From positions 102,734,001 to 102,798,000 of the forward strand of contig NC_091982.1 in NCBI RefSeq assembly GCF_044704955.1: a DNA stretch of 64,000 nucleotides, written 5' to 3'. Of the stretch, positions 38,110-49,292 are shown in pieces (the first letter of the stretch is position 1; the number at the start of each line of letters is the position of its first letter). A model generated the notes under the pieces. The model was not told the origin of the DNA and did not search any database. It saw nothing but the letters and a program-made list of their open reading frames with translations. This DNA comes from Pristiophorus japonicus. Taxonomy: Eukaryota. The translations under genes and the position numbers were made by a program.

Positions 38110-41100
38110 TCCTTTCTTACCCAATACTTAAAAAGCCCAACCGGAGAGGAATCACTGCTTGATCTAGTCATGGAACTGAACCAAAGCAGATAAGAATAGG
38201 AGAACATTTTGGCAATAGTGATCACAACATAATAAGGATGAAAATAAAGATTGAGAAAGACATAATTGAGACAAAGACACAGCAATAGATTGTAAAAAAG
38301 CTCATTTTGAGGAGATAAGAATGGTAGCAATGAAGGTAACTATAAAAATAGTTGTTGGGAGACAAGGAGATTGAACAGCAGTAGGAAGAATTAAAAAATG
38401 TGATCAGTACAGTTCAGGAGAAATATATTCCACTAAAAAAACAAGAAAAACTGGCTAATAATGAAATACCATAAATGAATAAATAAATGTAGGTAAAATT
38501 GAAACAAAAAAAAAGGCATCCATTGAGTACATGAGGGTGAAATTGATCGTCCGCCCATTTCTCGGCGGTATGCCAGTGGTATTTCATTTCAGACTGCCAG
38601 GTACCACTGGGGTGGAGTGGGCGTGATTTTTGGCACTTTTTTCTTGGCGGTATCCTGAGCGGAGTACAGCGGGCGGAGCGGTGTGCAGCGGGCGGTGTGC
38701 GGGCGGTGAGTCCCTTACACTCAGAAATCTTCGGGTCCCAAGTTCTGCACACGCGCATGCTGCTGCGAAGCTCCGTCCCCCACCCCGAGAGGCACAGACC
38801 AGAATCCACAGAGACTGCTAGCCTGAGGGCGATGTACAGGTATGTGGGGGGAGGGGGGCGGTGCGGGGTCGCTGCTGTGAGGGGAAATAGCTTCTTGGGG
38901 GGAGATCACTGCTGTGGGGGGGGGGAGATTGCTGCTTGGGGGAAAATTGCTGCTTGAGGGGGAGATCGCTGTAGGGGGGTAACAGATCGCTGTGGGGGAT
39001 GGGGAAAGAGATTGTGGAGTGGGAGAGACAGGATGGGGTGAGATATAAAAAAAAAATTACAGGTAAAGATGCACACCGCTGACTGAAGATCGACTTAAAA
39101 CCACCTTTTCCAGGATGGTCTGCAGGGTTGGTGGTATGTCGATGGTAAGTGATCAATTTGACAATTTTGGGCGGTATGTCGGCGCAGTGCATGGGCGGAC
39201 GGTATGCATACCACCCGGCGGTATGTCGCTGATGAATTTTCCAGCGGGCGGTATGTAGCTATTTTTCAATCAATTTGGCGATTTTGGGCAATATGTCGGC
39301 AGTCCGTGGGTGGTATGTCCACCAATTTCGGGCTACTGGACAATAAAAGAGAGGATGACAAAAGGGAATAAGAAGAGATTAAAAAAGTGGGAAAACATTC
39401 GAAAATCAAAGAAGAGTTATGAAATTAAATTATCAAGGAATTTAAAAATAAGTAGAAAAGTATTCTATAGACACCAGAACAATAAAAGAAAAAAAATCAG
39501 GATAAGAACAGGACTACTAAGGGATATACCATGATAAATTCAAAGGTAATAATAGTACAATGGCAGGCATATTGAATAATACTTTGCCTCAGTATTTACC
39601 AGGGAGACTAATAAGGTGGACAAGATATTAGAATAAGCTATCAAAAAATTATATAAAGACATTTAAAATAGAAAGAGGGAGATAATTGATAACTTAATCA
39701 AGCTTTGAGAGGATAAAACCCCCTGGTCCGGATGGATTGCATCCATGCATTTTAAAAGAATTAGGGAAGAGATACCAGAGGCACTATTATAAATATATAA
39801 AAATTCATTAGGAAAGGGAATAGTGCCAGAGGACTGGCAGGCAACCAATGCTATTCCTATTTTTAAAAAGGGGGATAGACAAGTCCAGGGAATTATAGAC
39901 CAGTTAGTTTAGCATCTATGGTAGGAAAGATAATGGAATCTTTACTCAAAGATGTTAAAGATAAACATCTAGAAAACGAACATTTAATAAAGACGAGTCA
40001 GCACGGATTTCAAAAAGGGAGATTATGCTTGATCAACCTTATTGAATTCTTTGAAGAAGTAGCAGAAAGAGTTAGCAAGGGTAATGTCGTAGATGTATTA
40101 AACTTGGTTTTCAAAAGGCCTTCGATAAGGTACTGCATAGAAGACTCATGGGTGGAGTCAGGAGACAAGTAGCAGACAAAATAGAAAACAGAGATTAGGG
40201 ATTAAGGGTAGCTACTCAGACTGGCAAACGGTAGGAAGCAGTGTTCCACAGGCATCGGTGCTAGGAACACTGTAATTCGCAATTTACATAAACCATTAGG
40301 ACTTGGCAATTGGAAGTACAATTTCAAAATTTGTGTACGACATCAAATTGGGGAATGCAGTTAATACTAAGAAAGCATGCAACAATGTACAAGAAGACAG
40401 TAATAAATTTACAGAATAGACATGTAATTGGAAAATGAATTTCAATATAGATAAGTGTGAGGTGGTGCATTTTGGTAGGAAGAATTGGATAATAAAATCT
40501 AAACGGGGTAGAGGAGCAAAAGAATCTAGGGGTACAGATACACAAACCGCTAGGGACACAGGTTAATGAGGCCATAAAAAAACAAGCACTGGGGTTCATT
40601 TCAAGAGGGATAGAATTGAAAAGCAGAAAAGTTATCTTTAATTTATATAGAACCTTGGTTAGACCACATTTAGAGAACTGTGCACAGTTCTGGTCTCCAT
40701 ATTATAAAAAGGATATAGAGACACGGAGGAAAGTTCAAAAAAGATTAACTAGAATTATATCAGAACTGAGAGGATATACTTATCAGGAAAGCTCTTTTCT
40801 CTAGAGGGGTGACCTGATAGAGATCTTTAAGGTTTTGAAAGGATTTGATAGGGTAGGCATAGAGTTTCCACTGTGGGGAGACCAAAACTCGACTCTATAT
40901 AAGACAGTCCAATAGAGAATTCAGGAGAAACTTTACCCAGAGAGTGGTTAGAATGTGGAACTCGCTACCACAAGGAGTAGCTTTGATTATTTAAGTGGAG
41001 GTTAGATAAGTATATGAGGGAGAAAGGAATAGAAGGAGATTCTGATAGAGTTAGATGAGGAATGGTAGGAGGAAGGTCGCGTGGAGCTTAACCGCTGGCA

Positions 41101-41146
41101 TAGACCAGTTGGGCCGAACTAGCTGTTTCTGTGCTGTAGACTCAAT
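38110..41146 (+). mobile_element. Old, degenerate CR1 ORF2, interrupted by a MITE
   Basis: SQHGFQKGRLCLINLIEFFEEV (39918-40172), LVRPHLENCAQFWSP (40616-40804). Confidence 0.85.
38534..39335. mobile_element. MITE with internal GGCGGTATG repeats
   Basis: Imperfect TIR AGGGTGAAATTG...CAATTTCGGGCT; CR1 continues on both sides. Confidence 0.7.
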
Positions 41147-42190
41147 GGGCCCGATCTTGACTGGGGCAGATTTTGTAAGCAGCGGGGGCAGGGGGTGGAG
41201 AAGAGTTTTGCCGGGAAACCCTGAAATCCTTTTCTCCCCACCTGGATGTCGGACAGGCTTGGTTCCGTCAGGTGGGGAGCACTCTGGAGGCTGCAGGCAG
41301 GAGCAGGTAAGGAGCCTGCAGCTGGTTTAATGGGAATGTTGGGAGGGGGGGGGTGTCCAGATCTTGTCGGAGGTGGTTGCCAAATCCCAGTGTGGGGGTC
41401 TGATCCCGGGATGCGATGGTCGCTGATCCCAGTGGGGGGGGTGGGGGGGGGGGTCCGATAACAGGCTGGGGTGGTCACCAATCCCGAGGGGGGTGGGGTT
41501 CGATTCCAGGCTGGGGTGGTCACTGATCCCAGTGGAGTGGGGGGGTGGTCCGATCCCGAGGTGGGGTGGTCACCAATCCCGAGGGGGGTGGGGTCCGATC
41601 CCGGGGTGGGGTGGTCGCTGATCCCAGTGGGGGGGGGGGGGTTCCGATCCGGGGTGGGGTGATCACCGATCCCAGTGGGGGTGGGGAGGGGTAGGGGTCT
41701 GATCCTGGGGTGGGGTGGTCACTAATCCCGGGGGTGGAGGGGGGGCGGCAGTACGATCCCAGTGGGGGTGGTCCGATCCCGGGGTGGGAGGGTTCCAATG
41801 GCGGGTAGGGAAGAAGGTAAGCTTGGTGGGGCAGAGGGAAGCATTCCTGCTCCTCACGGCCCACAGCAGAGCTGGAAAGGCACTTACATCTTCCATGAAG
41901 GCATCCTCGCCTCCCTTTAGCTGCCGGGTTTCCCGAACTTGGGAAGTCCGGCCACCCAGGGTAAAACCTGGAAGAAAGGTTAAATCTGAGGCATGCTGCC
42001 TCATCATAATATTTAAATGACCAACCCACCTTCTGGGAGTGGGTGGGTTGCCTGCCCCCTGTCCTGCTTCTGTTCAACAAAAAGTGGATGGGTTGGAGGC
42101 GGAATGTGATCAGGTTTAAGAGTTTTTAAAATTTTTACATCTCACCCGACCCAAACCCACCCATTTATGGGTGTTAAAATTCCCCCCCCC
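41147..42190. mobile_element. MITE with G-rich internal minisatellite
   Basis: GGGCCCGATCTTGAC...GTTAAAATTCCCCCCCCC, exact TSD AAT; repeats of GGGGTGGTCACYGATCCC at 41390-41790. Confidence 0.75.
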
Positions 42191-42240
42191 AATGTTACTT
42201 TATGTTACTCTATAGAAGGTGAGGCAAAGATATGGAATGT

Positions 42241-42766
42241 CTCATGGAAACAAAGAAACAAAGAAACAGAAACATAGAAAATAGGTGGAGGAGTAGGCCA
42301 TTCAGCCCTTCGAGCCTGCATCGCCATTCAATAAGATCATGGCTCATCAATCCCTCAGTACCCCTTTCCTGCTTTCTCTCCATAGCCCTTGATCCCTTTA
42401 GCCGTAAGGGCCAATATATCCAATGAACTGGCATCAACAACTCTCTATGGCAGGGAATTCCACAGGTTAACAACTCTGAGTGAAGAAGTTTCTCCTCAGC
42501 TCAGTCCTAAATGGCCTACCCCTTATCCTAAGACTACGGCCCCTGGTTCTGGACTTCCCCAACATCGGGAACATTCTTCCCGCATCTAACCTGCCCAGTC
42601 CCATCAGAATCTTACATGTTTCTATGAGATCCCCTCTCATCCTTCTAAACTCCAGTGAAAAAAGGCCCAGTTGATCCAGTCTCTCCTCATATGACAGTCT
42701 AGCCATCCCTGGAATCAGTCTGGTGAACCTTCGCTGCACTCCCTCAATAGCAAGAACGTCCTTCCT
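42241..42766 (-). mobile_element. 5'-truncated CR1 3' fragment
   Basis: ORF 42467-42739, AAGAAACA tail. Confidence 0.9.
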
Positions 42767-44888
42767 AATGTATATTTCTTAAGGTAAAATGTATTTATTC
42801 ATTGTTTATTGTGGTCTGCTTTCTTTCCAGAACCCTTGGTCCCCTTAGCCATAAGGGCCATATCTAACTCCCTCTTGAATATATGCAATGAACTGGCATC
42901 AACAACTCTCTGCGGCAGGGAATTCCACAGGTTAACAACTCTCTGAGTGAAGAAGTTTCTCCTCATCTCAGTCCTAAATGGCCTACCTCTTATCCTAAGA
43001 CTGTGTCCCCTGGTTCTGGACATCCCCAACATCGGAAACATTCTATCCACATCTAACCTGTCCAGTCCCGTCAGAATTTTATATGTTTCTATGAGATCCC
43101 CTCGCATCCTTCTAAACTCCAATGTATAAAGTCCCAGTTGATCCAGTCTCTCCTCCTATGTCAGTCCTGCCATCCCAGGAATCAGTCTGGTGAACCTTCG
43201 CTGCACTCCCTCAATAGCAAAAACGTTCTTCCTCAGATTAGGAGACCAAAACTGAACACAATATTCCAGGTGAGGCCTCACCAAGGCCCTGTACAACTGC
43301 AGTAAGACCTCCCTGCTCCTATACTCAAATCCCCTAGCTATGAAGGCCAACATACCATTTGCCTTCTTCACCGCCTGCTGTACCTGTATGCCGACTGATG
43401 AACCATGACACCCAGGTCTCATTGCACCTCCTCTTTTCCTAATCTGCCGCCATTCACATAATATTCTGTCTTCGCATTTTTGCCACCAAAGTGGATAACC
43501 TCACATTTATCCACATTATACTGCATCTGCCATGCATTTGCCCACTCACCTAACCTGTCCAAGTCACCCTGCAGCCTCCTAGCGTCCCCCTCACAGCTCA
43601 CACTGCCACCCAGTTTAGTGTCATCTGCAAACTTGGAGATATTACACTCAATTCTTACATCCAAATCATTGATGTATATTGTAAAGAGCTGGGGTCCCAG
43701 TACTGAGCCTTGCGGCACTCCACTCGTCACTGCCTGCCATTCTGAAAAGGACCCGTTTATCCCGACTCTCTGCTTCCTGTCTGCCAACCAGTTCCCTATC
43801 CACGTCAGTATATTACCCCCAATACCATGTGCTTTGATTTTGCACACCAATCTCTTTTGTGGGACCTTGTCAAAAGCCTTTTGAAAGTCCAAATACACCA
43901 CGTCCACTGGTTCTCCCTTGTTCACTCGACTAGTTACATCCTCAAAAAATTCCAGAAGATTTGTCAAGCATGATTTCCCCTTCATAAATCCATGCTGACT
44001 TGGACCGATCCTGTCACTGCTTTCCAAATGCGCTGCTATTTCATCCTTAATAATTGATTCCAACATTTTCCCCACTACTGATGTCAGGCTAACCGGTCTA
44101 TAATTACCCGTTTTTTCTCTCCCTCCTTTTTAAAAAAATGGTGTTACATTAGCTACCCTCCAGTCCATAGGAATTGATCCAGAATAGATAGATTGTTGGA
44201 AAATGATCACCAATGCATCCACTATTTCTAGGGCCACTTCCTTAAGTACTCTGGGATGCAGACTATCAGGCCCCGGGGATTTATCGGCCTTCAATCCCAT
44301 CAATTTCCCTTACACAATTTCCCGCCTAATAAGGATATCCTCAGTTCCTTCTTCTCACTAGACCCTCTGTCCCCAAGTACTACCGGAAGGTTATTTGTGT
44401 CTTCCTTCGCGAAGACAGAACCAAAGTATTTGTTCAATTGTTCTGCCATTTCTTTGTTCCCCATTATAAATTCACTTGAATCCAACTGCAAAAGACTTAT
44501 GTTTGTCTTCACCAATCTTTTTCTCTTCACATATCTATAGAAGCTTTTGCAGTCAGTTTTTCTGTTCCCGGCAAGCTTCTTCTCGTACTCTATTTTCCCC
44601 TTCTTAATTAAACCCTTTGTCCTCCTCTGCTGAATTATAAATTTCTCCCAGTCCCCAGGTTTGTTGTTTTTTCTGGCCAATTTATCTGCCTCTTCCTTGG
44701 ATTTAACACTATCCTTAATTTTCCTTGTTAGCCACAGTTGAGCCACCTGCCCCATTTTATTTTTACTCCAGACAGGGATGTACAATTGATGAAGTTCATC
44801 CATGTGATCTTTAAATGCTTGCCATTGCCTATCCACCGTCAACCCTTTAAGTATTATTTGCCAGTGTATTCTAGCTAAATCACGCCTC

Positions 44889-46412
44889 AGAGTACGTAAG
44901 GAGGTGGCCTTGGAAATAGCGGATGCATTACAGTCATTTTCCAATATTCCATAGACTCTGGATCAGTTGCTATGGAGTGGAGGGTAGCCAATGTAACCCC
45001 ACTTTTTAAAAAAGGAGGGAGAGAGAAAACAGGGAATCATAGACTGGTCAGTCTGACATTGGTAGTGGGTAAAATGATAGAATCAATTATTAAGGATGTC
45101 ATAGCAGCGCATTTGGAAAGAGGTGACATGATAGGTCAAGTCAGCATGGATTTGTGAAAGGGAAATCATGCTTGACAAATCTTCTGGAATTTTTTGAGGA
45201 TGTTTCCAGTAGAGTGGACAAAGGAGAACCAGTTGATGTGGTGTATTTGGACTTTCAGAAGGCTTTCGACAAGGTCCCACACAAGAGATTAATGTGCAAT
45301 GTTAAAGCACATGGGATTGGGGGTAGTGTGCTGACATGGATTGAGAACTGGTTGGCAGACAGGACGCAAAGAGTAGGAGTAAATGGGTACTTTTCAGAAT
45401 GGCAGGCAGTGACTAGTGGGGTACCGCAAAGTTCTGTGCTGGGGCCCCAGCTGTTTACATTGTACATTAATGATTTAGATGAGGGAATTAAATGTAGTAT
45501 CTCCAAATTTGTGGATGACACTAAGTTGGGTGGCAGTGTGAGCTGCGAGGAGGATGCAATGAGGCTGCAGAGTGACTTGGAAAGGTTAGGTGAGTGGGCA
45601 AATGCATGGCAGATGAAGTATAATGTGGATAAATGTGAGGTTATCCACTTTGGTGGTAAAAACAAAGAGACAGACTATTATCTGAATGGTGAAAGATTAG
45701 GAAAAGGGGAGGTGCAACGAGACCTGGGTGTCATGGTACATCAGTCATTGAAGGTTGGCATGCAGGTACAGCAGGTGGTTAAGAAAGCAAATGGCATGTT
45801 GGCCTTCATAGCGAGGGGATTTGAGTACAGGGGCAGGGAGGTGTTACTACAGTTGTACAGGGCCTTGGTGAGGCCACACCTGGATTATTGTGTACAGTTT
45901 TGGTCTCCTAACTTGAGGAAGGACATTCTTGCGATTGAGGGAGTGCAGCGAAGGTTCACCAGACTGATTCCCCATGGCGGGACTGACATTTCAAGAAAGA
46001 CTGGATCAACTGGGCTTGTATTCACTGGAGTTCAGAAGAATGAGAGGGGATCTCATAGAAATGTTTAAAATTCTGACGGGTTTAGACAGGAAGAATGTTC
46101 CCAATGTCGGGGAAGTCCAGAACCAGGGGACACAGTCTAAGGATAAGGGGTAAGCCATTTAGGACCGAGATGAGGAGACTGGTGGACCTGTGGAATTCTC
46201 TACCACAGAAAGTTGTTGAGGCCAATTCACTAAATATATTCAAAAATGAGTTAGATGTAGTCCTTACTACTAGGGGGATGAAGGGGTATGGCGAGAAAGC
46301 AGGAATGGGGTACAGAAGTTGCATGTTCAGCCATGAACTCATTGAATGGCGGTGCAGGCTCGAAGGGCCGAATGGCCTACTCCTGCACCTATTTTCCATG
46401 TTTCTATGTTTC
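44889..46412 (+). mobile_element. 5'-truncated CR1 inserted antisense in a closely related CR1
   Basis: ORF 45154-46068 RT; ends in TTTCTATGTTTC tail; host sequence resumes at 46413. Confidence 0.92.
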
Positions 46413-48435
46413 AAATGATCAAAGTTACCTTTCCTTAAGTTCAGGACCCTAGTTTCTGAATTAACTGTGTCACTCTCCATCTTAATAAAGAATTCTACCA
46501 TGTTATGGTCACTCTTCCCCAAGGGGCCCCACATAACAAGATTACTAATTAGTCCTTTCTCATTACACATCACCCAGACTAGGATGACCAGCTCCCTAGT
46601 TGGTTCCTCGACATATTGGTCTGGAAAACCATCCCTAATACACTCCAGGAAATCCTCCTCCACTGCATTGCTACCAATTTGGTTAGCCCAATCAATATGT
46701 AGATTAAAGTCACCCATGATAACTGCTGTACCTTTATTGCATGCATCCCTAATTTCTTGTTTAATGCTGTCCCCAACCTTACTACTACTGTTTGGTGGTC
46801 TGTACACAACTCCCACTAGCGTTTTCTGGCCCTTGGTATTCCGTAGCTCCACCCATTCCAATTCCACATCATCCAAGCTAATGTCCTTTCTTACGAGTGC
46901 ATTAATTTCCTCTTTAACCAGCAATACCACCCCGCCTCCTTTTCCTTTCCGTCTATCCTTTCTAAATGTTGAATACCCCTTGATGTTGAGTTCCAAGCCT
47001 TGCTCACCCTCGAGCCATGTCTCCGTGAAGCCAATTACATCATACCCATTAACTGCTATCTGCGCAGTTAATTCGTCCACCTTATTCCGAATTCTCCTCG
47101 CATTGAGGCACAGAGCCTTCAGGCTTGTCTTTCTAACACACTTTGCCCCTTTAGAATTTTGGTGTAAAGTGGCCGTTTTTGCTTTTTGCCTTAGGTTTCT
47201 TTGCCCTCCACTTTTACTTTTCCTCTTTCTATCTTTTGCTTCTGCCCCCATTCTACTTCCACCTGTCTCCCTGCATCGGTTCCCATCCGCCTGCCATATT
47301 ATTTTAACTCCTCCCCAACAGCACTAGCAAACACTCCCCCTAGGACATTGGTTCCGGTCCTGCACAGGTGCAGACCTTCCGGTTTGTACTGGTCCCACTT
47401 CCCCCAGAACTGCTTCCAATGTCCCAGGAATTTGAATCCCTCCCTTCTGCACCACTCCTCAAGCCACTTATTCATCTGAGCTATCCTGCGATTCCTACTC
47501 AGACTAGCACGTGGCACTGGTAGCAATCCTGAGATTACTACTTTTGAGGTCCTACTTTTTAATTTAGCTCCTAGCTCCCTAAATTTGTCTCGTAGGACCA
47601 AATCCCGTTTTTTACCTATATCGTTGGTACCTATATGCACCACGACAACTGGCTGTTCACCCTCCCTTTTCAGAATGTCCTGCACCCACTCCGAGACATC
47701 TTTGACCCTTGCACCAGGGAGGCAACATACCATCCTGGAGTCTCAGTTGCGGCCACAGAAACTTCTATCTATTCCCCTTACAATGAATCCCCTATCACTA
47801 TAGCTCTCCCACTCTTTTTCCTGCCCTCCTGTGCAGCAGAGCCACCCACAGTGCTATGTTACTTGGCTGCTGCTGCCCTCCCCTGATGAGTCATCCCCCT
47901 CAACAGTATCCAAAGCGGTGTATCTGTTTTGCAGGGGGATGACTGCAGGGGACCCCTGCACTACCTTCCTTGCACTGCTCTTCCTGTTGGTCATCCATTC
48001 CCTATCTGGCTGTGTACCCTTTGCCTGCGTTATGACCAACTCACTAAATGTACTATTCACGTCATTCTCAGCATTGTGCATGCTACAGAGTGAATCCACC
48101 CGCAGCTCCAGTTCCGCAATGCGGTCGGTCAGGAGCTGCAGGCGGATACACTTCCCGCATACTTGGTCGGCAGGGACACCGGAAGCGTCCCTGACTTCCC
48201 ACATAGTACAGGAGGAGGATAACACGTGTCCGAGCTGCCCTGCCATGACTCAACCCCTAGATAAACTTAAATTGGCAACAACACTGCTAAATGTTAGTTA
48301 CTGATATAGAAAAGAAAAAGAAAAACTACTTACCAATCACCAGCCAATCACTTACCGCCTTGGCTGTGACGTCACCTTTCGATTTCTTTCTACTTCTTTT
48401 TTGCCTCCCTGCTGCAGCTGCACCAGCTGGCCTTT

Positions 48436-48886
48436 CCGACTCCCTGCTGGGCCTCCCGGCTCGACACTGGCCTTCATAGGCCTCCTGACGACGCTGCTGC
48501 TCTGCCTCTCCGACTCCCTGCTGGGCCTCCCGGCTCGACACTGGCCTTCATAGGCCTCCCGACGACGCTGCTGCTCTGCCTCTCCGACTCCCTGCTGGGC
48601 CTCCTGGCTCGACACTGGCCTTCATAGGCCTCCTGATGACGCTGCTGCTCTGCCTCTCCGACTCCCTGCTGGGCCTCCTGGCTCGACACTGGCCTTCATA
48701 GGCCTCCTGACGACGCTGCTGCTCTGCCTCTCCGACTCCCTGCTGGGCCTCCCGGCTCGACGTTGGCCTTCATAGGCCTCCTGACGACGCTGCTGCTCTG
48801 CCTCTCCGACTCCCTGCTGGGCCTCCCGGCTCGACGCTGGCCTTCATAGGCTTCCCGACGACGCTGCCGCTCTGCCTCTCTGACTC
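48436..48886 (-). repeat. Tandem array of six 74-bp monomers at the CR1 5' end
   Basis: Units start 48436, 48510, 48584, 48658, 48732, 48806 (CCGACTCCCTGCTGGGCCTCC...TGCTCTGCCTCT). Confidence 0.96.
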
Positions 48887-49292
48887 AATACATGGTTATG
48901 TTGGGTTGTGCTTACTTCAGGTGCAGGCCCAGTTCATTCATTTTAGGGCGGTCCAGGAGTTCTTGGTGCAGCATTGTGGAGGGTGGACAGCTAACCTTCT
49001 CTGTTAACAGTTCTCTGACCCCATTTCCTATTCGCCTTGCCTGAGAGTGAATGCAGTCCCAACACAAAAACAAGTGGAAAGTCAGCCTCGTGTGCAAAGG
49101 TATGAAAACAGAGCAAGAGCCCGGTTTCTGAGGGTCTCTGCCCCATTCACAATGCTCTGATATTAGTCAACCCCACTAATATTAGGAAAGTTGAGCCTAG
49201 AAACTCCAGTGAAGGGCTTTTAGGAGTCGGTTCTAAGGTGAGCAACAACTTTTACTCACCCATGGATGCGTCACTGACACCATCTCGAATTC

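Larger units (their letters stand above)
42820..48886 (-). mobile_element. Near full-length CR1 (ORF1, APE, RT, 5' tandem array), interrupted by an opposite-strand CR1
   Basis: ORF1 47854-48246 and 47299-47733 (CGKC, VVVHIGTND); APE in 46082-47251 (LNARRI, FTETWL, MGDFN, GKSDH); RT 43419-44075. Confidence 0.95.

Noticed and set aside
46082-47251. 389-aa endonuclease gene with novel C-terminus
   Set aside because: CR1 APE domain reading into the antisense tail of the nested CR1.
48916-49000. AG/GT-bounded 85-nt segment as a further CLIC2 exon
   Set aside because: Weak acceptor, end phase incompatible with the exon-1 acceptor, no homology.
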